From Pristiophorus japonicus (lineage: Eukaryota), in the NCBI RefSeq assembly GCF_044704955.1, contig NW_027253544.1:434001-498000 (forward strand): DNA of 64,000 nucleotides, written 5' to 3'. How positions within the stretch are numbered: position 1 is the first letter of the stretch; each line of letters begins with the position of its first letter. The position numbers were made by a program, and so were the translations under genes. Of the stretch, positions 11,936-24,267 are shown piece after piece. The notes below the pieces were generated by a model that did not search any database, had not been told where the DNA came from, and was given only the letters and a program-made list of their open reading frames with translations.

Positions 11936-13337
11936 ATACTGTTGTTTAAAAAATGAGAAAGGGATAGACCGAGAATTGCAGGCCTATCAGCCTAACGTCG
12001 GTGGTGGGAGAATTATGGGAAAACATTCTGAGGGACAGGATAAATCTTCATTTCGAAATACACAGATTAATCAAGGACAGTCAACATGGATTTTTTTAAG
12101 GGAAGATAGTGTCTGACTAACTTGACTGAATTTATGAGGAGGTAACAAGGAGGTTTGATGAGGGTAGTGCGTACGATGTAGTATATATGGGTTTTACCAA
12201 GGCTTTTGATAAGGTGCCACATGGTAGACTGGTCATGAAGGGTAAGCCCATGAGATACAGGGCAAAGTGACAAGTTGGATCCAAAATTGGCTTGGAGGAA
12301 GGAAGCAAAGGGTAATGGTCGATGGGTGCTTTTGTGTCTGCAAGGCTATTTCCAGTGGGGTTCCACAGGGCTCAGTACAAGTTCCCTTGCTTTTTGTGGT
12401 ATATATCAATGATTTAGACTTGAATATAGGGGGTATGATTAAGAGGTTTGTGGATGATACTACCATTTTTTGTATGGTTGATAATGAAGAAGAAAGCTGT
12501 AGACTGTAGGAAAGATATCAATGTACTGGTCACGTGGGCAGAACAGTGGCAAATGGAATTCAATCCGGAGAAGTGTGAGGTAATGCATTTGGGAAGGGCT
12601 AACAAGGCAAGGGAATATACAATAAATGGTAGGACAATGAGAAGTGTAGAGGAACAGAGGGACCTTGGAGTGCAGGACAGAGTATAAATTAAGAAATAAT
12701 GGGGCTTTTAAGAGAGGTACTGCAATAATCGTGGGCAATTTTAATCTTCATATAGATTCAACAAATCAAATTGGCAAAGGTAGCTGTGACAACTAGTTCA
12801 TAGGGTGTATTCGTGACAGTTTCTTAGAACCATACATTGTAGAACCAACCAGGGTACAAGCTATTTTAGATCTGGTAAGGTGCAATGAGACAGGATTAAT
12901 TGATTGCCTCATAGTAAAGGATCCTCTCGGGAAGAGTGAGCATAACATGATAAAATTTCACGTTCAGTTTGAGGGTGAGAAACCTGGATCTGAAACTATA
13001 TCTTAAGCCTAAATAAAGGCAATTACAAAGGTATGAAGTCAGAATTGGTTAATGTGGAGTGAGAAATTAGATTAAAAGGTAAGACAATAGATAAGCAGTG
13101 GCACACATTTAAGGAGATATTTCATAATTCTCAACAAAGATATATTCCATTGAGAAAGACTCAAATTGAAAGAAAAGGCAGATATGTTGCAAAGATTAGT
13201 GGTAGGCTAGAAGATTGGCAAAATGTTAGAAACCACCAAAGGATAACTAAAAAATGAATAAAGAAGGAGAAAATAGATTATGAGAGTAAACTAGCAAATA
13301 ATATAAAAACAGACGGTAAGAGCTTCTACAAGTATAT

Positions 13338-14209
13338 CTCTCTTAGGCGGTCCCTCGTATCGAGGATGACCCACTTCCACACTAAAAAAGGATGAGTTCA
13401 CAGGTGTTTCAATGAAAGACCTGATATTCCTGGTCCCGAACTACATGTTAAACGTAGAAACATAGAAACATAGAAATTAGGTGTAGGAGCAGGCCATTCG
13501 GCCCTTCGAGCCTGCACCGACATTCAACAAGATCATGGCTGATCATTCAACCTCAGTACCCCTTTCCTGCTTTCTCTCCATACCCCTTATTGACCTATGA
13601 GGAGAGACTGGATCAACTGGGCTTGTATCCATCGGAGTTTAGAAGAATGAGAGGGGATCTCATAGAAACATATAAAATTCTGACGGGATTGGACAGGTTA
13701 GAGGCAGAAAGAATGTTCCCATTGCTGGGGAGTTCCAGAACCAGTCACTCTCTAAGAATAAGGGGAAAGCCATTTTGGCCATAAGGGCCATATCTAACTC
13801 CCTTTTGAATATATCTAATGAACTGGCCTCAACAGCTTTCTGCGGTCGAGGATTCCACAGGTTAACAATTCTCTGAGTGAAGAAGTTGCTGCTCCAGGGC
13901 CCTCGCCTCTGCTGGGCCCCGAACTCACGCCTCTCCTGGACCTCGATCACATCGCTCCACGATAACTCACCGCTCCTGCGTCCCAAACTCTCCGCTGCTG
14001 CTGTACCTGCCCACGTTCCAATCACCGACCTGGACCTTGGTGATGTCCAATCCAGTTGCCCGCTGCACTGCTGTTGCCCTCTTGCACCAGCTCGCACTGC
14101 TCCCTGAAGTGGCATGTCACCACGCTGCTCCCAGGGTCGCTCGCTGCTCGCCTTTTATGGCCCCGACCTGCTGCTGGTATTTCCTCCCTGGTCGGGGTCG
14201 CCACGCCAC
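13338..14209 (-). mobile_element. Non-autonomous RTE-derived element interrupted by an internally inverted CR1 3' fragment (13455-13888)
   Basis: RTE-type end ggcggtccctcgtatcgaggatgac; similar to 22812-23390; flanking GTATAT duplication. Confidence 0.7.
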
Positions 14210-14720
14210 GTATATAAAAAGGAAGGGAGTAGCTAAAGTAAATATTGGTCCCTGAGAGGGTGAGACTGGGGAAATAATAATGGGAAACAAGGAAATGGCA
14301 GAGACTTTGAACAAATATTTGTATCTGTCTTTACGGTAGAAGACATGAAAAGCATCCTACTAATAGAAAATCAAGGGCAAAGGGTCGGGAGGAAATAAAA
14401 ACAATTATCATCACTTCAGAAAAAGTAATCGGCAAACTAATGGGACTAAAGACTGACAAGTCCCCTGGACCTGATGGCCTGCATCCTTGGGTCTTAAAAG
14501 AAGTGGCTGCAGAGATAGTGGATGCATTGGTTGTAATGTTTCAAAATTCCCTCGATTCTGGAAAGGTCCCAAGGATTGGAAAACTGCAAATGGAACACCC
14601 CTCTTTAAGAAAGGAGGGAGACAGATAGCAGGAAATTATAGGTCAGTGAGCCTAACATCTGTCATTGAGAAAATGCTGGAATCTATTATTAAGGAAGTAG
14701 TAGCAGGACATTTAGAAAAT

Positions 14721-17700
14721 TGTAATGACTCAAGTCTGTTTACTGTAAACTCACTCAGGTGCAACCTGATCCTTCTTTATTCCAGCCCAAGAGTGCCAGC
14801 GTGACAAAGATACCCAGCTTATATACAGGTGACCAAGCACACATGCCACATGTGTACAGCCCAATGACCTCTGACCGCGGCACCCTCTGGTGTCTGGTGA
14901 CCCTCAAGTATTAATACATAACAACATTCCCCTTTTAAAATCTTAACGAGTTTTTTTTTACAAATTAAGATGGTCTGGGGCTTTCCTCTCACGAGTTGAT
15001 CGTCTCAGTTCAACTTTGGCTCTGGGCGAGCGTTCTGAGTCCGTTGAGACTGAGGGCTGAGTAGCTGAGCTGATGGGAGTGGTCATGACCACATCAGAGA
15101 CTGAAGGTCCAGAGTCAGTAATGTCAGCAGAGTCCTCTGATGGGTCAACAATGGCTGGTTGGTCACTGACTGCATCTTCCTCACTTGGTTCCAGTTCATC
15201 CGTGTGCCGCAGTTTAACCTGGTCAAGGTGTTTCCTGCATGTTTGCCCATTCTTGAACATGACAATAAACACTCTGTTACCCTCCTTGGCTGTAACAGTG
15301 CCGGCGATCCACTTTGGACCTTGACCATAGTTCAGTACATAAACCGGATCGTTGACCGAGATGTCACGTGACATGGCAACACGATCATGACACCATTGCT
15401 GACTTTGACGTCTGTTTTCAACATGATCATTCAAATCAGGATGAAGAGAAAGCCTGGTCTTGAGATTTCTCTCCATCAGTAGTTCAGCAGGAGGAACCCC
15501 AGTAAGTGCATGTAGTCTTGACCTGTAACTGAGCAATATACATGGCAACCGTCTCTGCAGTGAGCCCTGAGTTACATGTTTCATACTTTGCTTGATCGTT
15601 TGAATGGCACGCTCTGCTTGACCATTAGAAGCAGGCTTGAAGGAGCTGATCTCACATGTCTGATGTCATTGAGTTTCATGAACTCCTGAAACTCAAGACT
15701 TGAGAAGCAAGATCCATTGTTGCTCACAACAATGTCAGGCAAACCATGAGTAGCAAACATGATACGAAGACTCTCAATGTTAGCTGTAGACGTGCTGGAT
15801 GACGAAATAACCACTTAGAATATGCATCTACTACGACAAAAAACATCTTTCCTAGGAACGGACTTCAGTAAACTCTCCACAGTCCTCTTAAATAAGGCTG
15901 CAACTGAACAAATCCCAAAAGGACACCTGTTGTAGACGAACAGTCCTTTATGGGTGTTGATGCAGGTGAGTTTCTTCGAAGTGGTGACAAGTTCCTGGGT
16001 CATATAGGCCGACGTCAGATCCAGTTTCGTGAACGACTTTCCACCAGCTAGCATGGCGAACAGGTCATCGGCCCTCGGTAATGGATACTGATCCTGTTTT
16101 GAAAATCGGTTAATCGTAACCTTGTTGTCTCCACAAATCCTGACAATGCCATCACTCTTCAACACAGGAACAATGGGACTGGCCCACTCGTTAAACTTGA
16201 CCGGTGATATGATCCCTTCATGCTGGAGTCTGTCAAGCTCGATTTCAACCTTGTCCTTCATCATGTACGGAACAGACCGAGCTTTGTGATAGGCAGGCCT
16301 TGCATTCGAGTCCAGGTGAATCTGTAAAATTACCAATGCCCGGTTCAAACAAAGAAGGAAACTTTTTCAATACTTGAGCACACTAAGTATCATCTACCCA
16401 GGACAACATCTTGACATCATTCCAATTCAGCTTGATTTTCTCAAGTGAATTCCTGCCGAACAGCGTTGGATAATGACCTGGGATGATCCATAATGGTAGC
16501 TCGTGAACCACACCATCATATGACACCTCGATTGCTGCACTGCCGAGCACCGGTATGAGTTCCTTAGTGCAAGTACACAACCTGGCATTGACTGGACTCA
16601 GCTTTGGTTTCGCAGCCTTAGTGTCCCACAGCTTGTCGAATGTCCTTTGGCTCATTATCGACTGGCTCACACCCGTGTCCAGCTCCATTGATACACGCAC
16701 GCCATGCAGCTTCACATTAACCACTATTCGGCTGGCTCTTGCTCAGGAACGAATACAGTCCATTCACTTCCTCCTCGGGTTGTGTATCCGGGCCATCACT
16801 GAACTGATCCTCATCCACCACATGGTGAGCCGCACCATGCTTGCTCCGTTGTGGACACACCCTGTGAAGGTGCCCCACTTTTAAACATCCATTACATAAA
16901 CCGACACTGATGAGGCCGATAATTGCCCCCACATCACCAACAGGGTGAAATCTGGATCGAACCAGTTGGCGGACTCTGAGCAGCGGCAGGTTTCGCGGAA
17001 GCAATTCTGCCTGAAGACAACGCCATCTTGTGTACAGTACTTGTCATGGAACTCCAACTCGTCGATGATATCTGCCTCAAATTCTCATCTGTTGTCATGC
17101 ATACCTGAGCAGTCGCGATGGCCTTTTTCAAATCCAGCGTATCTGCAGCCAACAGCTTCCTGAGCATCGCATCATGGCTGATGCCTATCACTGAGACATC
17201 ACGCCGCATGTCTTAGAAACATAGAAAGTAGGTGCAGGAGTAGGCCATTCGGCCCTTCGAGCCTGCACCCCCATTCAATATGATCATGGCTGATCATGCA
17301 ACTTCAGTACCCCATTCCTGCTTTCTCTCATACTCCTTGATTCCTTTAGTCGTAAGGGCCACATTTAACTCCCATTTGAATATATCTGACGAACTGGCCT
17401 CAACTACTACGGTAGAGAACTCCACAGGTTCACAATTCTCTGAGTGAAGAAGTTTCCTTCATGTTGGTCTTAAATGGCTTACCCCTCATCCTTAGACTGT
17501 GACCCTGGTTCTGGACTTCCCCAACATCGGGAACATTCTTCCAGCATCTAACCTGTCCAATCCCATCAGAGTTTTATCTGCTTCTCTGAGATCCCCACTC
17601 ATTCTTCTAAATTCCAGTGAATATAAGCCTAGTTGATCCAGTCTTTCTTCATATGTCAGTCCTGCCATTCCGGGAATCAGTCTGGTGAACCTTCGCTGCA

Positions 17701-20304
17701 TTCCCTCAGTGGCAAGGGTGTCCTTCCTCAGATTAGGAGACCAAAACTGCACACAATACTCAAGGTGTGGTCTGAAGTAAGACCTCCCTGCTCCTATACT
17801 CAAATACCCTCATTATGAAGGCCAGCATGCCATTTGATTTCTTTACTGCCTGCTGTACCTGCATGCCTACCTTCAATGACCGATGTACCACGACACCCAG
17901 GTCTCGATGCAACTCCCCTTTTACTAATCTGTCACCATTCAGATAATAATCTGCCTTCCTGTTTTTGCCACTAAAGTGGATAACCTCACACATATCCACA
18001 TTATACTGCATTTGCCCATTCACCCAACCTGTCCAAGTCCCCCTGCGGCGTCTTAGCATCCTCCTCACAGCTCACACTGCCACCCAGCTTCCTGTCATCT
18101 GCAAACTTGGAGATATTACATTCAATTCCTTCGTCTAAATCATTAATGTATATTGAAAATAGCTGGGGCCATAGCACTGAACCCTGCGGCACCCACTAGT
18201 CACTACCTACCATTCTGAAAAGGACCCGTTTATTCCCACTCTTTGCTTCCTGTCTGCCAACCAGTTCGCTATCTATGTCAATACATTACCCCCGATAGCA
18301 TGTGCCTCAATTTTGCACACTAATTTCGTGTCAAAAGCCTTTTGAAAATCCAAATACACCACATACACTGGTGTTCCCTTATCCAATCTACAAGTTACAT
18401 CCTCAAAAAACTCTCAAAGATTTGTCAAGCTTGATTTCCCTTTCATAAATCCATGCTGACTTGGCCCGATCCTGTCACCTCTTTCCAAATGCGCTGCTAT
18501 TTCATCTTTAATAATTGATTCCAGCATTTTCCCCACCACCAATGTCAGGCTAACCGGTCTATAATTCCCTGTTTTCTCTCTCCCTCCTTTTTAAAAAAGT
18601 GGCATTACATTCGCTACCCTCCAATCCATAGGAACTGAACCAGAGTGCAAGGAATGTTGGATAATGACCACCAATGCATCTACTATTTCTAGGGCCACTT
18701 CCTTAAGTACTCTGGGGTGCAGACTATCAGGCCCTTCAATTTCCCTAACACCATTTCCTGACTATTAAGGATTTCCCTCAGTTCCCCCTTCTCGCTAGAC
18801 CCTCGGTCCCCTAGTATTTTCGGGAGGTTATTTGTGTCTTCCTTAGTGAAGACAGAACAAAAGTATTTGTTCAATTGGTCTGCCATTTCCTTGTTCCCCA
18901 TTATGAATTCCCCTGATTCTGACTGCAAGGGAGCTACATTAGTCTTCATTAATATTTTTCTCTTCACATATCTGTAGAAGTTTTTGCAGGGTTTATGTTC
19001 CCTGCAAGCTTACTCTCATACTCTAGTTTCCCCCTCCTAATTAAACCCTTGGCCCTTCTCTGCTGAATTCTAAATTTCTCCCAGTCCTCAGGTTTGCTGC
19101 TTTTTCTGGACAATTTATATAGCTCTTCCTTGAATTTAACATTTTCCCTAATTTCCCTTGTTAGCCACGGTTGAGCCACCTTCCCTTTTTTTATTATTAC
19201 GCCACACAGGGATGTACAATTGTTGTAGTTCATCCATGTGATCTTTAAATGTATGCCATTGCCTATCCACCATCAACCCTTTAAGTATCAGTCGCCAGTC
19301 TATCCCAGCCAATTCACGTCTCATACCGTCGAAGTTTCCTTTCTTTAAGTTCAGGACCCTAGTCTCTGAATTAACTGTGTCACTCTCCATCTTAATGAAG
19401 AATTCTACCATATTATGGTCACTCTTCCCCAAGGGGCCTCACACGACTAGATTGCTAATTAATCCTCTCTCGTTACACAGTCTAGGATGGCCTGCTCTCT
19501 AGTTGGTTCCTCGACATATTGTTCTAGAAAACCATCCCTTATACACTCCAGGAAATCCTCCTCCACAGTATTGCTACCAGTTTGGTTAGCCCAATCAATA
19601 TGCAGATTAAAGTCACCCATGATAACTGCTGTACCCTTATTGCACACATCCCTAATTTTCTGTTTGATGCCATCCCCAACCTTGTTACTACTGTTTGTTC
19701 CCGAACTTACACGGCTCAGCAAGACGTCACAGGTCGGCGACAAATCCCAACACGTCCTGGCTCTCAGCATGAACATGTGTGTAGAAACGGTAGTGTGATA
19801 TGATGATCCCCTCTTTTGGTTTCAGATGGTTACCCACCAATGTACACAATTCCTCGTACCTTTTCCACCGGATGTACAGACGAGAGAAGATTCTTCATGA
19901 AGCCGTAAATTTTCAGACCACAAACGGTGAGGAGAACTGCCCTGCACTTAACTGCGTAGGCCTCTGCCTCCATGCCATTGGCCACAAAATATTGATCCAG
20001 GCGGTCGACAAAATCCACCCAATCCTCGCCCTCCACGAATCTCTCCAGGATTCCAACAGTGCTCATTGTGCATGCGAAGGTTCTTAAATTACCTCGTCGC
20101 CAATTGTAATGACGCAAGAGTCTGGTTACTGGAAACTCACTCAGGTGGAACTTGATCCATCTTTATTCCAGCCCAAGAGTGCCACCGTGACAAAGACACC
20201 CAGCTTATATACAGGTGACCAAGCACACATGCCACATGCATACAGCCTGATGACCTCCGACGACGGTGCCCTCTGGTGTCTAGTGACCCCCAAGAATTAA
20301 TACA
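14721..20304 (-). mobile_element. Gypsy LTR retrotransposon (degenerate gag-pol), LTRs 14721-14923 and 20105-20304
   Basis: Matching ~200-bp LTRs, PBS TGGCGACGAG (tRNA-Ser type), PPT; protease ELDTGVSQS, RT WASPIVPV..RICGD..YPLP, integrase fragments. Confidence 0.92.
17215..19695 (-). mobile_element. CR1 LINE inserted in the Gypsy gag region
   Basis: EN (MGDFN, SDHNMVEF) to RT (KFADD) fragments and (CATAGAAA)n tail at 17215. Confidence 0.93.
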
Positions 20305-22449
20305 AAAGTAATAATACAATCAAGCAGATTCAACATGGTTTTATGAAAGGGAAATCATTTTTGACAAATTTATTATTGTTCTTTGAGGATGTAACAAGCA
20401 GGGTGCGTAATGGAGAACCAGTAGATATTGTGTACTTGGATTTCGAAAAGGCATTCGATAAGATGCGACATAAAAGGTTACTACACAAGATAAGAGCTCA
20501 TGGTGTTGGGGGGTAATATATAAGCATGTAGAGGATTAGCTAACTAACAGAAAACAGAGAGTCGAGATAAATGGGCCATTTTCAGGTTGGCAAACTGTAA
20601 CTAGTGGGGTGCCACAGCGATCAGTGCTGGGGCCTCAACTATTTACAATCTATTTTAATCTATCGTAGTGACTTGGGTGAAGGGACAGAGTATTACAGCC
20701 AAATTTGCCAACAATACAATGATAGGTGGGAAATCAAGTTGTGAGGAGGACTCAGAGTCTGCAAAGGGATATAGATAGGTTAACTGAGTGGGAAAACATT
20801 TGGCAGATGGAGTATAATGTGGGAAAATGTGAGGTTATCCAATTTGATAGGAAGAACAGAAAAGCAAAATATTATTTGAATGGAGAGAGACTACAGAATT
20901 CTGTGGTACGGGGGGATCTGGGGATCCTTGTACTTGTAACACAAAAAGTTAACATTCAAGTAGCAAGTAATTAGGAGGGCAAATGGAATGTTGGCCTTTA
21001 TGGCAAAGGGGATGGAGTATAAATGTAGGGAAGTCTTGCAGCAACTGTATAGGGCATTGGTGAGACCAAACTTGGAGTACTGCATGCTATTTTGGTCTCC
21101 TTATTTAAGGAGGGATATAGTTGCATTGGAGGCAGTTCAGAGAAGGTTCACTTGGTTGATTACTGGGATGAAGGCATGTTATGAGGAAAGGTTGAGCAGG
21201 TTGGGCCTGTACTCTTTGGACTTTAGAAGAATGAGAGGTGATCTTATTGAAACATATAAGATTCTGAGGGGGCTTGACAGGGCAGATGCTGAGAGGATGT
21301 TTCTCCTCATGGGGGAATCTAGAACTAGGGCACATAGTTTCAGAATAAGGGATCGTCCATTTAAGACGGAGATGAGGAGTAATTTCTTCACTGAGGGTCA
21401 TGAATCTTTGGAATTCTCTACCCCAGAGAGATGTGGAGGCTGTCAGTGAAGATATTCAAGGCTGAGATAGACAGATTCTTGAACTATAGGGGAGTCAAGG
21501 GTTATGGGGAACAGGAAGGAAAGTGGAGTGGAGGCCAAGATCAGATCAGCCATGATCTTATTGAATGGTGGAGCAGGCTCGAGGTGCCATATGGCCTACA
21601 ACGGCTCAAATGTCTTATGTTCTTGTGTCTACAGATCCCTGAAGGTAGCAGGACAGGTAGATAAGGTGGATAAGAAGGCATACGGGATACTTGCCTTTAT
21701 TAGCCAAGACATAGAATATAAGAGCCGGGAGGTTATGCTTGAATGGTATAAAACACTAGCTAAGCCACAGCTAGAGTACTGTCTGCAGTTCTGGTCACCA
21801 CATTACAGGAAAAGATGTGATTGCACTAGAGAGGGTATAGAGGAGATTTACGAGGATTTTGCCTGGACTGGAGAATTTTAGCCATAATGAATGATTGGAT
21901 AGGCTGGGGTTGTTTTCTTTGGAACATAGGAGGCTGAGGAGAGACCTAATTGAGGTGTATAAAATTATGTGGGGCTGAGATAGAGTGGATAGGAATGACC
22001 TATTTCCATCAGCAGAGGGGTCACCAACCAGGGGGCATAGATTTAAAGTAATTGGTACGAGGTTTAGAGGGGATTTGAGGAGAATTTCTTTCACCCAGAG
22101 AGTGGTGGGGGTCTATAAGAACATAAGAAATAGGAACAGGTGTAGGCCATATGGCCCCTCGAGCCTGCTCCGCCATTCAATAAGATCATGGCTGATCTGA
22201 TTATGGACTCAGCTCCACTTCCCCACCCGCTCCCCATAACCCCTTATCCCCTCACTGCCTGACAGGGTGGTAGAGACAGAAACCTTCACCACATTTAAAA
22301 AGTACTTGGATATGCACTTGAAATGCCGTAACATACAAGGCTATGGACCAAGAGCTGGAAAGTGGGATTAGGCTGGATAGCTTTGTCGTCCGGCACGGAC
22401 ACGATGGGCCGAATAGGTCGCTTGTGTGCTGTAAACTTTCCAAGTCCTG

Positions 22450-23480
22450 TAAACCCATCTCCCCTGTGCTCGCTGACCTACATTGGCTCCCGGTTAAGCA
22501 ACGCCTCGATTTTAAAAATGCTCATCCTGGTTTTCAAATCCCTCCATGGCCTCGACCTTCACACTCTCTGTAATCTCCTCCAGCCCCATGACCCCCTGCC
22601 AAAGAGATGTCTGCGCTCCACTAATTCTGGCCTGTTCAGCACCCCCGACTATAATTACTCAACCACTGGCGGCCGTGCCTCCAGCTCCCTATGCTCTGGA
22701 ATTCCTTGCTAATCCTCTCGACTCTCTTTTCTCCTGTAAGACGCCCCTTAAAACCTACTTCTTTGACCATTTGTGTCATGTGTCTTGGTATCAAATTTTT
22801 TGTCTTATCTTCTCTTCGGCGGTCCCTTGTATCGAGTATGACTTGCTTCCACCAAAAAGGGATGAGTTCACATGTGTTTCAATGAAGGACTGGCTATTCC
22901 AAGTCCCGAACTGCAGATTGAAGGATGGATGATGCCAGAGTGTGGATTTTTTTAACGTGTGGTGACCGTTGCACACCAACCACCACACGGGCTTGACAGA
23001 GCTAGGTCTTGGTCCAGTGGCAAGGATTAACCTTGACGACTGGAAACCAGCTCTGCTGCACGGATCTACTGCACACACATATTGCAGTGTGGGCTGGCCC
23101 GTGTGCCCCTGGGCCCTCGCCTCTTCTGGTCCCCGAACTCATGCCTCTCCTGGGCCCCGATCACGTTGGTCTGCAATCCCTCGCCACTACTTCGCACCGA
23201 CCTCATCGCTCCTGCTGTACCTGCCCACGCTCCAATCACCGACCTGCATTATGAGGATGTCCATTCCAGTCGCCCTCTTCACAGTCGTTGCCCTCCCTGA
23301 CTGGCTCGCGCTGTACCTTGCAGTGGTATGCCGCCATGCTGCTCCTCCTTTTAAAGCCCCGACCTTCCGCTGATGGTTCCTCGCAGCTTGAAGGAACCAT
23401 CTTTTGTCTAATAACACTCTTGTGAAGCACCTTGGGACCTTTTACTGCATTAAAGGCGCTATATCAATACCAGTTGTTGT
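22450..23480 (+). mobile_element. L2 LINE 3' fragment split by an RTE-derived short element (22812-23390, minus strand)
   Basis: PVLADLHWLPVKQRLDFK L2 motif; L2-type tail aaaggcgctatat at ~23455. Confidence 0.75.
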
Positions 23481-23819
23481 TCCCTCCCCAGGTCTCCCTT
23501 TACCAGTTTCCATGATAGAATCAGACAGCACCGAAGGACACTGATTCGGCCCATTGTACCCGTGCCCACGCCAGCCGGTGAATGAAAAGAAAAAGAACCT
23601 TCTCTTCTATTGGTGAACTTGTTCAAATAAAAGACAGGGTTCACAACACAGGTTTTCCACATTTTGGATCGGAATCAGTAACTGACTAACCGCACTGCTC
23701 CAGGATTGCAATCTTTGATCTCCGTCTAACTTGTACTGCCTGGACTGGCCCTTTAAATACCAGGGACACTTTGTAACCTTCAGACCGGTTTTTAAGTGAT
23801 TGATATTTTCCCATTAAAG

Positions 23820-24164
23820 GTGCAGTTGTCCCTGTCCTGACCCAGTCTCCGAGCCTGGAACGTGTCACAGAGGGTCACACGGCGCGGTTACAGTGCACCA
23901 TGCGGAACGCCAGAGTGAGTGACACTGATGTCCACTGGTACCGGCAACTACCGGGGCAAGATACGGAGTGGGTTTTAACACATGAGGCAAGTGGCAGCAC
24001 ACGAGGGAGCCCAGGTTCCACTGACCGTCTCCAGCCTTCCAGAGACATCTCCAATAACAGCTTCATTCTGACAGTCACAGACGTGCAGCCCAGTGACACT
24101 GCCGCCTATTACTGTAAAGTGTGGGGCGATATCAGCGGGAGCGGAACCCAGCTCAATGTAACCA
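23820..24164 (+). CDS. Germline-joined VJ immunoglobulin-superfamily exon V2 (open, 345 nt, phase 1-1)
   Basis: ttttcccattaaag/ acceptor; GAVVPVLTQSP..LQC..VHWYRQLPG..RLQPSRD..FILTVTDVQPSDTAAYYCKVWGDISGSGTQLNVT; donor A/gtaaat. Confidence 0.93.
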
Positions 24165-24267
24165 GTAAATACAGTTTGCATTATATTAACCTGAATAGAA
24201 GGAATAACATCTTACACATGGATTTATTGATCAGTATCTGATTAATATCACAAAAACCGCTGGTAAA

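Larger units (their letters stand above)
11936..22440 (+). mobile_element. Old CR1 LINE (11936-12675 + 21625-22440) split by a second CR1 (12680-21625) that itself hosts further insertions
   Basis: ggagtgca at 12675 resumes as tgtctacagatccctgaagg at 21625; the inner CR1 runs EN (12680) to RT and tail (20305-21625). Confidence 0.85.

Noticed and set aside
11290-12116. Several long repetitive ORFs and a CRISPR-like periodicity
   Set aside because: Minisatellite without unique spacers in eukaryotic DNA; ORFs are low-complexity artefacts
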